Shown one piece after another: positions 1 through 8,469 of a stretch of DNA of 32,000 nucleotides. Made by a program: the position numbers and the translations under genes. The number at the start of each line of letters is the position of its first letter. Within the stretch, counting starts at the first letter, position 1. This DNA is from Aquifex aeolicus VF5. Its GTDB lineage: Bacteria > Aquificota > Aquificia > Aquificales > Aquificaceae. The stretch spans positions 420,001-452,000 of the forward strand of contig NC_000918.1 in the NCBI RefSeq assembly GCF_000008625.1, given 5' to 3'. The notes beneath the pieces were generated by a model. The model worked only from the letters and a program-made list of their open reading frames with translations, was not told the DNA's origin and did no database searches.

Positions 1-1
1 C

Positions 2-88
2 GTGGAAGTTGACGGCAACCTTATTACCGCAACCGATCCCAAGTCCATGCTTGAGATGATGAAGGTGATTATATCGAGGCTAAAGTAA
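2..88 (+). CDS. C-terminal fragment of a DJ-1/PfpI/ThiJ-like protein (truncated by window edge)
   Basis: Open frame from window start reads VEVDGNLITATDPKSMLEMMKVIISRLK*, resembling the 'DGNLITxxxP' C-terminus of the DJ-1/PfpI family; TAA overlaps the next ATG (TAATG). Confidence 0.5.
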   Translation: MEVDGNLITATDPKSMLEMMKVIISRLK

Positions 89-924
89 TGAAGAAATTTT
101 TAATAATCCTCTTATCCTTCGTTCTTTTCGTATTCCCTGAGGATCTTATTCTCGTGAGCATTTATCCCTTTTACGACGTTGTAAAAGACATAAGCGGGAA
201 GTATTACAGAGTTGAGAGTTTAGTTCCTCCGAAAGCGGATTACCACGTTTACGAATTGACACCAAGAGAACTCATAAAACTCTACAGGGCAAAAGTCGTT
301 TTCGTTAGCGGTGTTCCCTTAGGAGAGTGGGAAGAGAAGGTGGAGAAAATAGCCAAGGGCAAAGTTTACTCCCTGTCAAAAGGCATAGAGCTAATCACCT
401 ACGGACACGAAGAATTAGGGAAGGATCCTCATTTCTGGGTATCTCCAAAAAGAATGCTAAAAGTGGCTAAAAACGTAGAAGAAGCCCTCACGGAAACCTT
501 TAAAAAGAACTTTTCTGAAAATTACAAAAACGTTGAGCAAGAGCTGAAAAAACTGGATGAAGCTTACACGAAAACGCTTTCCAAGTGCGAGTATAAAAAG
601 TTCGGAGCAGTTCACGGAGCCTTCGGATACCTTGCGAAAGACTACGGACTTGAACAGGTACTCCTCAGGGAGGAGCACGGACACGGTGATATATCTCCAT
701 CTGAACTGAAAAAACTTGTAAAACTCATAAAGAAAAAGGAAATAAAGGTAGTTTTAATTCCTAAAGGTGTGCACTCAAAGTTTGCAGAAATATTGAAGGA
801 AACGTACAACATCACCGTTTACGAGGTAAACGTTAAGATAATCCCGGAAGAGGAGGGAGATAATTATTACAAAATTATGGAAAGGAACTTAAAAGTTTTA
901 AAAGAAGCTCTCAAATGCGGGTAA
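88..924 (+). CDS. znuA: Zinc/manganese ABC transporter periplasmic substrate-binding protein
   Basis: 278 aa with signal peptide; cluster A-I SBP features (YPFYDVVKDISG, DPHFWVSPKRM, EEHGHGDISPSEL); operon with ATPase and permease. Confidence 0.85.
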   Translation: MKKFLIILLSFVLFVFPEDLILVSIYPFYDVVKDISGKYYRVESLVPPKADYHVYELTPRELIKLYRAKVVFVSGVPLGEWEEKVEKIAKGKVYSLSKGIELITYGHEELGKDPHFWVSPKRMLKVAKNVEEALTETFKKNFSENYKNVEQELKKLDEAYTKTLSKCEYKKFGAVHGAFGYLAKDYGLEQVLLREEHGHGDISPSELKKLVKLIKKKEIKVVLIPKGVHSKFAEILKETYNITVYEVNVKIIPEEEGDNYYKIMERNLKVLKEALKCG

Positions 925-1613
925 TAGAAGTAAAAAATCTTACCTTTTCATACGACGGTAAACACAACGTCCTTGAAGACGTTTCTTTTTACGTAGAAAA
1001 GGGAGACTTTTTGGGGATAGTTGGCCCAAACGGAGCGGGGAAATCCACACTTCTGAAATTGATTCTCGGCTTTTTAAAGCCAAAATCTGGAGAGATATAC
1101 CTCTTCGGAAAGAAAATAGAAGAATTCAAAGACTGGAAAAGGGTGGGATACGTTCCCCAGAGACTTAGCGTGGAACACGCTTTTCCCGGAACTGTGAAGG
1201 AGCTCCTAAGCAGCGTATGCGAAGACAAGAAGGAAATAGATTACCTTGTTGAGTTTTTAAAGTTAAAGAATATAGTTAACAAGCAATTTACAAAGCTCTC
1301 GGGAGGACAGCAACAGAGGGTTTTACTTGCTATGGCTCTTTCCTACAATCCTGAACTTATACTCCTCGACGAGCCAACTGTAGGACTTGACGTACACGCA
1401 ATAAACCACTTCATGAGTATTCTACTGGATCTCAATATGAACCATAAAAAGAGTATAGTGATGATTTCCCACGATATAGGAACACTCCTCAAACACGCGA
1501 GTAAAATACTGTGTCTGAATAAAAAGGTATGCTACTTCGGAGAACCTGAGGGGGCAATAGAGTACATAGAGGAAGCCTTCGGGCTGAGGGGTTTTCTCCA
1601 TGGAGTTTCTTAG
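915..1613 (+). CDS. znuC: Zinc/manganese ABC transporter ATP-binding protein
   Basis: Walker A GPNGAGKST, signature LSGGQQQR, Walker B LILLDEPTVGLD; overlaps znuA by 10 nt. Confidence 0.9.
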   Translation: MRVIEVKNLTFSYDGKHNVLEDVSFYVEKGDFLGIVGPNGAGKSTLLKLILGFLKPKSGEIYLFGKKIEEFKDWKRVGYVPQRLSVEHAFPGTVKELLSSVCEDKKEIDYLVEFLKLKNIVNKQFTKLSGGQQQRVLLAMALSYNPELILLDEPTVGLDVHAINHFMSILLDLNMNHKKSIVMISHDIGTLLKHASKILCLNKKVCYFGEPEGAIEYIEEAFGLRGFLHGVS

Positions 1614-2402
1614 TTACGACTTCGTCCAGAGGGACTTATTGCCGGAATACTCATAGGTGTATCCACTGCATTGACAGGAGTCTTTTTAATCTTGAGAAGG
1701 TACGCATTTCTGGGAGCGGGTCTCTCTCACGCTGCCTTCGGAGGCATAGCCCTCAGTTTCTTGCTGGGAACCGACGTATACTTAACTACCGTTATCTTTA
1801 CTATTCTGGTTGCGAACTTCGTCCAGTTTCTGACTCAAACAAAGAAAGTTCCCGGTGACACCGCAATTGCAGTTATTTTCTCAAGCGGTATGGCGCTCGC
1901 CGTAACCATTCTGGGAATTGTCAGGGGATTCGGTGAAAACCTCTTTTCGTACCTTTTCGGAAACATACTCATGGTTACGAAGGAAGAACTCTTCTACACG
2001 GCGGGTGTGTTTCTTATAACTCTGCTTTTTATAGGAATCTTTTACAAGAAACTCCTTCTCACAACGTTTTCCGAAGAAATGGCGAAGGTAAAGGGGATAA
2101 ACATATCCTTCCTGAATTACTCCTTTGTTACGCTCACGGCTCTCGTTGTGGTCGCAAGCATAAAGGCAGTAGGGGTAATACTTGCCTCTTCCTTAGTCGT
2201 AATTCCTGCGATGAGCGGTTTGATACTTGCAGGTTCCTTCTTGAGCAGTCTAATAATATCTTCGGTTGTTTCTACTCTTTCCGTTGTCCTCGGGATATAT
2301 ATTTCCTTCAATTACGACGTTCCGCCGAGCGGTTCGATAGTGGGAATAGCGATACTCCTCTTTCTAGCTTCCTTCTTACTGAGAAAGCTTCCTCTGAAGT
2401 AG
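1600..2402 (+). CDS. znuB: Zinc/manganese ABC transporter permease, with apparent frameshift near 1630-1633
   Basis: Track ORF 1671..2402 (TTG start) begins mid-protein (TGVFLILRRYAFLGAGLSHAAFGG). In-frame upstream codons read GLIAGILIGVSTAL, and ATG at 1600 in another frame reads MEFLSYDFVQR. Joined, they give a normal ZnuB N-terminus. Confidence 0.75.
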
Positions 2403-3338
2403 AACCTTGAACCTGTCTCCCATAGAGATAAGCATGGTCTTCAGTCTAGATAGCCTTTCCACACTCTCAGCACTCTCCTCCCAGCTCAGTTTCTCGAGTT
2501 CGTTCAAGAATGTTGGTATGTGCATCAAAAAGTCCCTCTGACTTTGGAAGAGAATAGTCTCAAGACCAAAGTCCCTTCCGTATTCCATGAGTGCGGAAAA
2601 ATTCACGTGTGCGGTTATGTCCGCGTTCCCAGCTTCCTTTAGAAAGTCCTTTACAACCTTGTGTTCTTTGTAGGCTACTACAGTCCCCTCAGGATACTTT
2701 GTTATTTCCTCGGAAGTGTACCCGTAATCTATCACGAAATGATAACCTTCAACAAGACTCTCGGAAATTTTCTTCAGCATATCTATACAGTCGAGACAAA
2801 CTTCCACAATCTGATTTAAGTTTTCGTAATTCATTCTCCTTAGGAATTCCTTTACCTTCTCGTTTTCTAAACTTAGCCACACTTCGCTTCCCTTTTCATC
2901 AACGTAAAGCTCCTTACCTCCCTTTACTATGTGAACAGGAAGGGCGTCAAAAAACTCATTTGAGAACACTATTCCTTCAACCTTCGGTAGCTCTTCTACC
3001 CATTCCACGTTTTTAAAGTTCTTTAAAACTTCTCTTTGCTTACTTATCAGGTAAGGACTGAACTCGTATATGTAATACTTTAATCTGTTGAAAAGATCCG
3101 GATAATTTGCCCTGTAGTAATTAAGGATGTCGTAAGCAAGCAGCCCTCTCCCGGCACCCAGTTCAACAAGGGCGGGTCTTTCAAACTCAGAAAGGTGCTG
3201 GGAAAAGAACTCGGCGAGTGCTTCGCCAAAAGCCCTGTCCAGTTCCGGAGCCGTAAAGAAGTCCTTTAAAGCCCTCTGGGAGGAGTAGTAATCCTTTACC
3301 GCTTTTTCCATAAAGTCTCTGAAACTGATAAAAGCCAT
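2376..3338 (-). CDS. SAM-dependent methyltransferase, MidA/DUF185-like
   Basis: 320 aa; ELGAGRGLLAYDIL SAM-binding motif, YYIYEFSPYLISKQRE, NEFFDALPVH, FVIDYGY; family-typical. Confidence 0.8.
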   Translation of the reverse strand: MAFISFRDFMEKAVKDYYSSQRALKDFFTAPELDRAFGEALAEFFSQHLSEFERPALVELGAGRGLLAYDILNYYRANYPDLFNRLKYYIYEFSPYLISKQREVLKNFKNVEWVEELPKVEGIVFSNEFFDALPVHIVKGGKELYVDEKGSEVWLSLENEKVKEFLRRMNYENLNQIVEVCLDCIDMLKKISESLVEGYHFVIDYGYTSEEITKYPEGTVVAYKEHKVVKDFLKEAGNADITAHVNFSALMEYGRDFGLETILFQSQRDFLMHIPTFLNELEKLSWEESAESVERLSRLKTMLISMGDRFKVLLQRKLSQ

Positions 3339-3372
3339 TATTTAGAATATATTAAATACTTTACGGGAGAAG

Positions 3373-5553
3373 ATGAAAAAGTTAGTAATAGGTATTTTAG
3401 GAATAGTTATAGCCTTATTTGTCGGACTGCTTGTCTTCCTCATACCCATCTACAAAAACCTTCCCGATCCGAAACTCTTGGAGAGCTGGACACCGCCTCA
3501 AGCCTCGGAGGTTTACGATGCAAAGGGAAGGTTGTACGGGACGATAGGCATCCAGAAGAGGTTTTACGTGAGTATAGACAAAATTCCCGAACACGTTATA
3601 AACGCCTTCGTTGCGACTGAGGACAGAAACTTCTGGCATCACTTCGGGATTGACCCTGTGGCAATAGTAAGGGCTGCAATTGTGAACTACAGAGCCGGCA
3701 GGATAGTTCAGGGAGGTAGTACGATAACCCAGCAACTCGCTAAAAACTTATTCCTAACTAGAGAAAGGACACTGGAGAGAAAGATAAAGGAGGCACTCCT
3801 TGCCATAAAGATTGAGAGAACCTTTGACAAAAAGAAGATAATGGAATTGTATTTAAACCAGATATATCTAGGGAGCGGAGCTTACGGCGTTGAAGCGGCA
3901 GCTCAGGTATACTTCGGAAAACACGTTTGGGAACTTTCCTTAGATGAGGCAGCGCTCCTAGCAGCTCTGCCAAAAGCCCCCGCAAAGTACAACCCCTTTT
4001 ACCACCCCGAGAGGGCACTCCAGAGAAGAAATCTCGTACTGAAACGGATGCTAGAAGAAGGTTATATCACTCCAGAGCAGTACGAGGAGGCGGTGAATAA
4101 ACCCCTGACGGTAAAAAAAGAAAACAAGTACAAATTCTCCGATTACTTCCTCGATATGGTGAAGAGTTACGTTTTTAACAAGTATGGGGAAATTGCATAT
4201 AAGGGCAGGTTAAAGATATACACAACGATAGATTTGGACTACCAGAAAATCGCTCAAAAATCGCTTGAGGAAGGTTTGAAGAGAGTAGCAAAGATTATAG
4301 GACTTCCTTTCCTTCCAAAGTCCGAAGAAGATATGGAGCTCGCTTATGAGAAAGAAGCACAGTTAAAGAGATTAAAAAGAGGAAAGATCTACGTAGCTAA
4401 GATCTTGAAGTACGACGGAAATTTCATGAAAGTAGAAATCCACGGCAAAAAATTAAAGGGAGAAATAAAAGGGCTTAACACCGAAGGACATAAGTATGTT
4501 TTCGTGAAATACCTCGGAGGAAATAGGGCGGAGATAATTCCTGACCTTGAGGGGAGTTTAGTCAGCATAGACGTAAAAACTGGAGAAATAAAGGCTATAG
4601 TGGGAGGAAGGAGTTACGCCTACTCTCAGTTCAACAGAGCTGTAAAAGCCCTAAGACAACCCGGTTCAGCTATAAAGCCCGTGATATACCTGTCCGCACT
4701 TCTGAAGGGAATGACTCAAATTTCCACGATTGACGCTTCTTCCAAACCGTACTACGACCCCTCAAAGGGCGAAGACTGGATTCCCAAAAACTATGACGAA
4801 AAAGAATACGGAAACGTTACCCTCAGGTATGCTCTTGCACACAGTATAAATACCGCGGCAGTAAACTTGCTGGACAAAGTGGGTTTTGAACTAGTCCTGG
4901 AAGTTGGCAAGAAAGTAGGATTAGACAATTTAAAACCTTACTACTCTTTAGCTCTGGGAACGGTAGAGGTCACGCCCCTGCAACTCACTGCGGCTTATCA
5001 AGTCTTTGCAAACCTCGGAACGGAGTGTAAACCTTTCTTTATAAAGAAGATAGTGGATGAAAACGGAGAAGTGCTAGAAGAAAACGTACCAGAGTGTGAG
5101 GAAGTCCTTCCAAAGCCTGAAACGAGAGTACCCGTGGATATGCTCAGAGCCGTGGTGCTGGAAGGTACAGCGAGGAGGGCGAGTGTACTGGACAGGATAG
5201 TAGCCGGAAAAACGGGAACTACCGACGATTTTCAGGATGCATGGTTTGTAGGCTTTTCTCCATACATAGTGACGGGTGTATGGGTGGGGTACGACGTGAA
5301 AAAGTCTCTCGGAAAGCATATGTCGGGTTCAAGGGTAGCACTTCCAATATGGATAGACTACATGAAAGTTGTTACAAGGATGTATCCAAACGAGGACTTT
5401 GAACTCCCTCCTGAAAATATAGTAGTAAATATAAACCCTAAAGACCTTGTTCTCGCGGATGAGACTTGCGAAGGTGTCCCTATGGTTTTCGTAAAGGGAA
5501 CAGAACCTCATATAACGTGCTCTGACTTGAATGCCATACTGGGACTCAGATGA
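3373..5553 (+). CDS. ponA: Penicillin-binding protein 1A, bifunctional transglycosylase/transpeptidase
   Basis: 726 aa; N-terminal TM; GT51 motifs (EDRNFWHHFGIDPVAIVRA, GGSTITQQLAKNL, RKIKEALLAIKIE); transpeptidase motifs AGKTGTTDDFQDAWFVGF, SIN (HSINTAAVN). Confidence 0.93.
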   Translation: MKKLVIGILGIVIALFVGLLVFLIPIYKNLPDPKLLESWTPPQASEVYDAKGRLYGTIGIQKRFYVSIDKIPEHVINAFVATEDRNFWHHFGIDPVAIVRAAIVNYRAGRIVQGGSTITQQLAKNLFLTRERTLERKIKEALLAIKIERTFDKKKIMELYLNQIYLGSGAYGVEAAAQVYFGKHVWELSLDEAALLAALPKAPAKYNPFYHPERALQRRNLVLKRMLEEGYITPEQYEEAVNKPLTVKKENKYKFSDYFLDMVKSYVFNKYGEIAYKGRLKIYTTIDLDYQKIAQKSLEEGLKRVAKIIGLPFLPKSEEDMELAYEKEAQLKRLKRGKIYVAKILKYDGNFMKVEIHGKKLKGEIKGLNTEGHKYVFVKYLGGNRAEIIPDLEGSLVSIDVKTGEIKAIVGGRSYAYSQFNRAVKALRQPGSAIKPVIYLSALLKGMTQISTIDASSKPYYDPSKGEDWIPKNYDEKEYGNVTLRYALAHSINTAAVNLLDKVGFELVLEVGKKVGLDNLKPYYSLALGTVEVTPLQLTAAYQVFANLGTECKPFFIKKIVDENGEVLEENVPECEEVLPKPETRVPVDMLRAVVLEGTARRASVLDRIVAGKTGTTDDFQDAWFVGFSPYIVTGVWVGYDVKKSLGKHMSGSRVALPIWIDYMKVVTRMYPNEDFELPPENIVVNINPKDLVLADETCEGVPMVFVKGTEPHITCSDLNAILGLR

Positions 5554-6671
5554 GGTGGATTGAGGAGGAATTAAAGAGAATTAAGGAAGCAAACCTTTAC
5601 AGGGAAAGGATACTCCTTGAGGGAGTAAAGGATTTCTGCTCCAATGATTACTTGGGACTTAGAAAACACCCAGAAGTTGTAGAAGAAAGTATAAGGGTTT
5701 TAAAGGAAGCAGGACTAGGTTCAGGTGCTTCTCAACTGGTTTCCGGATACACAAAGCACCACAGGGAACTTGAGGAAAAACTTGCGGAGTTTAAGGGAAC
5801 TGAAAGCTGTGTTCTCTTCGGAAGCGGTTTTTTAGCAAACGTAGGAACGATACCGGCCCTTGTGGAAGAAGGAGATCTCGTCCTGAGTGACGAATTAAAT
5901 CACGCATCTATAATAGACGGAGTAAGACTTTCTAAAGCTCAAAAAAGGGTTTTTAAGCATAAAGATTACGAGGAACTTGAGGAGTTTTTAAAGAAAAACA
6001 GGAAAAAGTTTAGAAGAGTTCTAATAATTACGGACACCGTGTTCAGTATGGACGGAGATGTAGCGGATTTGAAAAGATTAACACAGATATGTGAAGAGTA
6101 CGACTGTATGCTTTACATAGACGAGGCGCACACAACGGGAACGATAGGAAAAGGCGGACTTGATTACTTTGGAATAGAACACAAAGAGTACATAATCGTT
6201 ATGGGAACATTATCAAAGGCTTTAGGAAGTTACGGAGCTTTTGTCTGCGGAACAAAATTACTGATAGATTACCTTGTGAACAAAGCGAGGAGTTTAATAT
6301 TCTCAACCTCTTTACCGCCTTCCGTGTGTGCAGGTGCTAAAAAAGCTATTGAGATAATAGAAGAAAATCCAAAATTAATTGAGTTTTTAAGAAAAAAAGA
6401 AAAGGAAATTTTAGAAATTTTGGAACAATTTTCTTTAGATTACAAATATTACAGCACACCTATAATTCCCATAATGGTTTACGACGAAAAAGAAACAGTA
6501 AGGATAAAAGAAGAACTTCTAAAGGAAGGTGTGTTTATTCAAGCTATAAGGTACCCCACAGTTCCTAAAGGAAAGGCGAGGCTCAGATTAACAGCTTCCT
6601 TAAATTACACAAGGAAAGATTTAGAATTTCTGAAAAATGCTTTAGAAAAAGTTTTAAAAGGAAGGGCTTAG
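5550..6671 (+). CDS. bioF: 8-amino-7-oxononanoate synthase (AONS family PLP enzyme)
   Basis: 373 aa; FCSNDYLGL, SGASQLVSGYTKHH, DEAHTTG, TLSKALGSYGAF with PLP lysine; overlaps ponA stop by 4 nt. Confidence 0.85.
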   Translation: MRWIEEELKRIKEANLYRERILLEGVKDFCSNDYLGLRKHPEVVEESIRVLKEAGLGSGASQLVSGYTKHHRELEEKLAEFKGTESCVLFGSGFLANVGTIPALVEEGDLVLSDELNHASIIDGVRLSKAQKRVFKHKDYEELEEFLKKNRKKFRRVLIITDTVFSMDGDVADLKRLTQICEEYDCMLYIDEAHTTGTIGKGGLDYFGIEHKEYIIVMGTLSKALGSYGAFVCGTKLLIDYLVNKARSLIFSTSLPPSVCAGAKKAIEIIEENPKLIEFLRKKEKEILEILEQFSLDYKYYSTPIIPIMVYDEKETVRIKEELLKEGVFIQAIRYPTVPKGKARLRLTASLNYTRKDLEFLKNALEKVLKGRA

Positions 6672-8011
6672 AAAGCCCAGTTTAGCCCTACACCGATGGA
6701 GTGCTGAACCATTTTCGTAGAGACTTCCCCGGCTCCCTGTGCGGCTTTAGCCGTAACAGTTTTGGGAAGAGCGTAAACGTAGGATAGATCTATATTGAAG
6801 TTGGGAGTAATCTTCCAGTTTAGACCCAAGGTTAAGTGGTGTTCCGCAAAAGCTGGGAAACCAACTAAGTTAAACCAGTAAAGTTGAAAGTCTGAAAACC
6901 GTGTATCAAAACTGGGAACACTATTTTTAGGTGTCATAGGATCTAAGTTATCCTTATCTCTTATGGGTGTCTTTCCGTAATTCCAACCAGCCCTGAGAGC
7001 CAAGCTGTCCATAGGCTTGTACTCTACACCGAGACCGAATACCCACTGATCCTCCCAGTCAAAGTCTCCGTATCCGTCAGCTCCGGACCAATCTATCCAT
7101 CTTATATCCAAACCGAGCTTAAGATTTTCAAGCGGTTTTACACCTATACCGAGCCCAACTTCTTGTGGTTGCTGTAATTTCATATCTTCAAACTTTCCGT
7201 CTCCATTTGAGTCAAATACATTTTTATACTTCATGGATACAGGAGACTGATACATCAAACCCGCGTATATAAAGTCTCCCATGTTAAAAGCTATTCCCAG
7301 AGAAACTCCAATTCCGAAGTCCTGAGACTGACCTCCCCCTGCATTCCAACATCTTGTAGGACTTGGCATCATGTCTCCATCGGTATCTTCAAATTGGCAC
7401 ATTTCAGCCCCTACATCCAGAGAACCCCAAGCTATGTGAAGTGCACCACCCACAGAAATCATTTCGTTAATCTTGTAAGAAACCGCAGGTGTTATTCTCA
7501 TGAACTGAAAGTTTGTATGCATCTTAGAAAGCGCATTAGTGTAATGTCCGGGAGGATTTTCAATTAGCTGTTTATCCCTGAAGTCTACACCCATACCAGA
7601 TACACCGAAAGCTCCTATACCAAGAGCAAGTCTTTAGTTTACCTTATGAACTATTCCTACTTCTGGAACTATGAAGGTATCAGCGTCACTCTTTACCCTA
7701 CCGTTGGTTTGGAAGTATCCACCTCCTCCGGAATTTCTTGGTTCAAAATCCATAAACATCTTGGAACTAACCTTTACATTAGGCATGAACAGGATTCCAC
7801 CGAAGCTAAGGAAAAACCTTTTAGTGTTGAAATAGGACATCCATGCTGGGTTTCTGAATATTGAGTCTATGGGTCCGACGGGCATTCCCGTTCCTATTCC
7901 ACCCATTCCCCTGGATGCGGGGCCTATTCCTATCATGTTGTCACCGTTTGTAGCTAAAGCAAAGGGAGCAAGCGCTAAAATAGACCCAATTACTGCAAAT
8001 TTCTTTTTCAT
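6668..8011 (-). pseudogene. OmpP1/FadL-type outer membrane protein interrupted by one in-frame TAA (7634..7636)
   Basis: N-terminal ORF 7634..8011 (signal peptide, [21 protein letters not shown]) and C-terminal ORF 6668..7594 are in the same frame. Codons between read VHKVN-TAA-RLALGIGAFGVSGMGVDFRD, a continuous FadL-like sequence. Confidence 0.8.
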
Positions 8012-8193
8012 CCCTCTACACCTCCTGTATTTTTCCTAACTTTTTATTAAAAAGTTTTGAAGGTAAACGTTGACTTAGTTTTTTCTTATACTTTTTAAAC
8101 CCCCATTTATATAAAAGTTTTAGAATATTAGATTGTTCTTATATTCACTTTGTAAGAATTCAAATCGTATAAAATTTTTTGAGGAGGTAGGAA

Positions 8194-8469
8194 ATGGCGG
8201 TAATAGTGAGGATACCCACACCCTTGAGAAGGTTAACCAACGGTCAAGGTGAGGTTGAAGTTGAAGCAAAAAGTGTAAGGGAAGCTATTGAAAAGCTGGA
8301 AGAGCAGTTTCCCGGTATAAAGGAAAGGCTTGTGGACGAAAACGGTGAGCTCAGGAAGTTTGTAAATCTCTACGTAAACGACGAAGACATAAGGTTTTTA
8401 AAGGGGCTTGATACAGAACTAAAAGACGGAGATACCCTCTCAATTGTCCCCGCCATCGCCGGCGGTTAA
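8194..8469 (+). CDS. MoaD/ThiS-family beta-grasp sulfur carrier protein
   Basis: 91 aa, beta-grasp pattern, NLYVNDEDIRF...LKDGDTLSIVPAIAGG with C-terminal Gly-Gly. Confidence 0.8.
   Translation: MAVIVRIPTPLRRLTNGQGEVEVEAKSVREAIEKLEEQFPGIKERLVDENGELRKFVNLYVNDEDIRFLKGLDTELKDGDTLSIVPAIAGG

Noticed and set aside
2591-3016. 141 aa plus-strand ORF within the methyltransferase gene
   Set aside because: Complementary to a well-supported methyltransferase gene, with no recognizable motifs.
3415-5511. Minus-strand ORFs antisense to ponA (3415..3735, 3758..4018, 5074..5319, 5329..5511)
   Set aside because: No motifs; fully covered by an unambiguous PBP1A gene.
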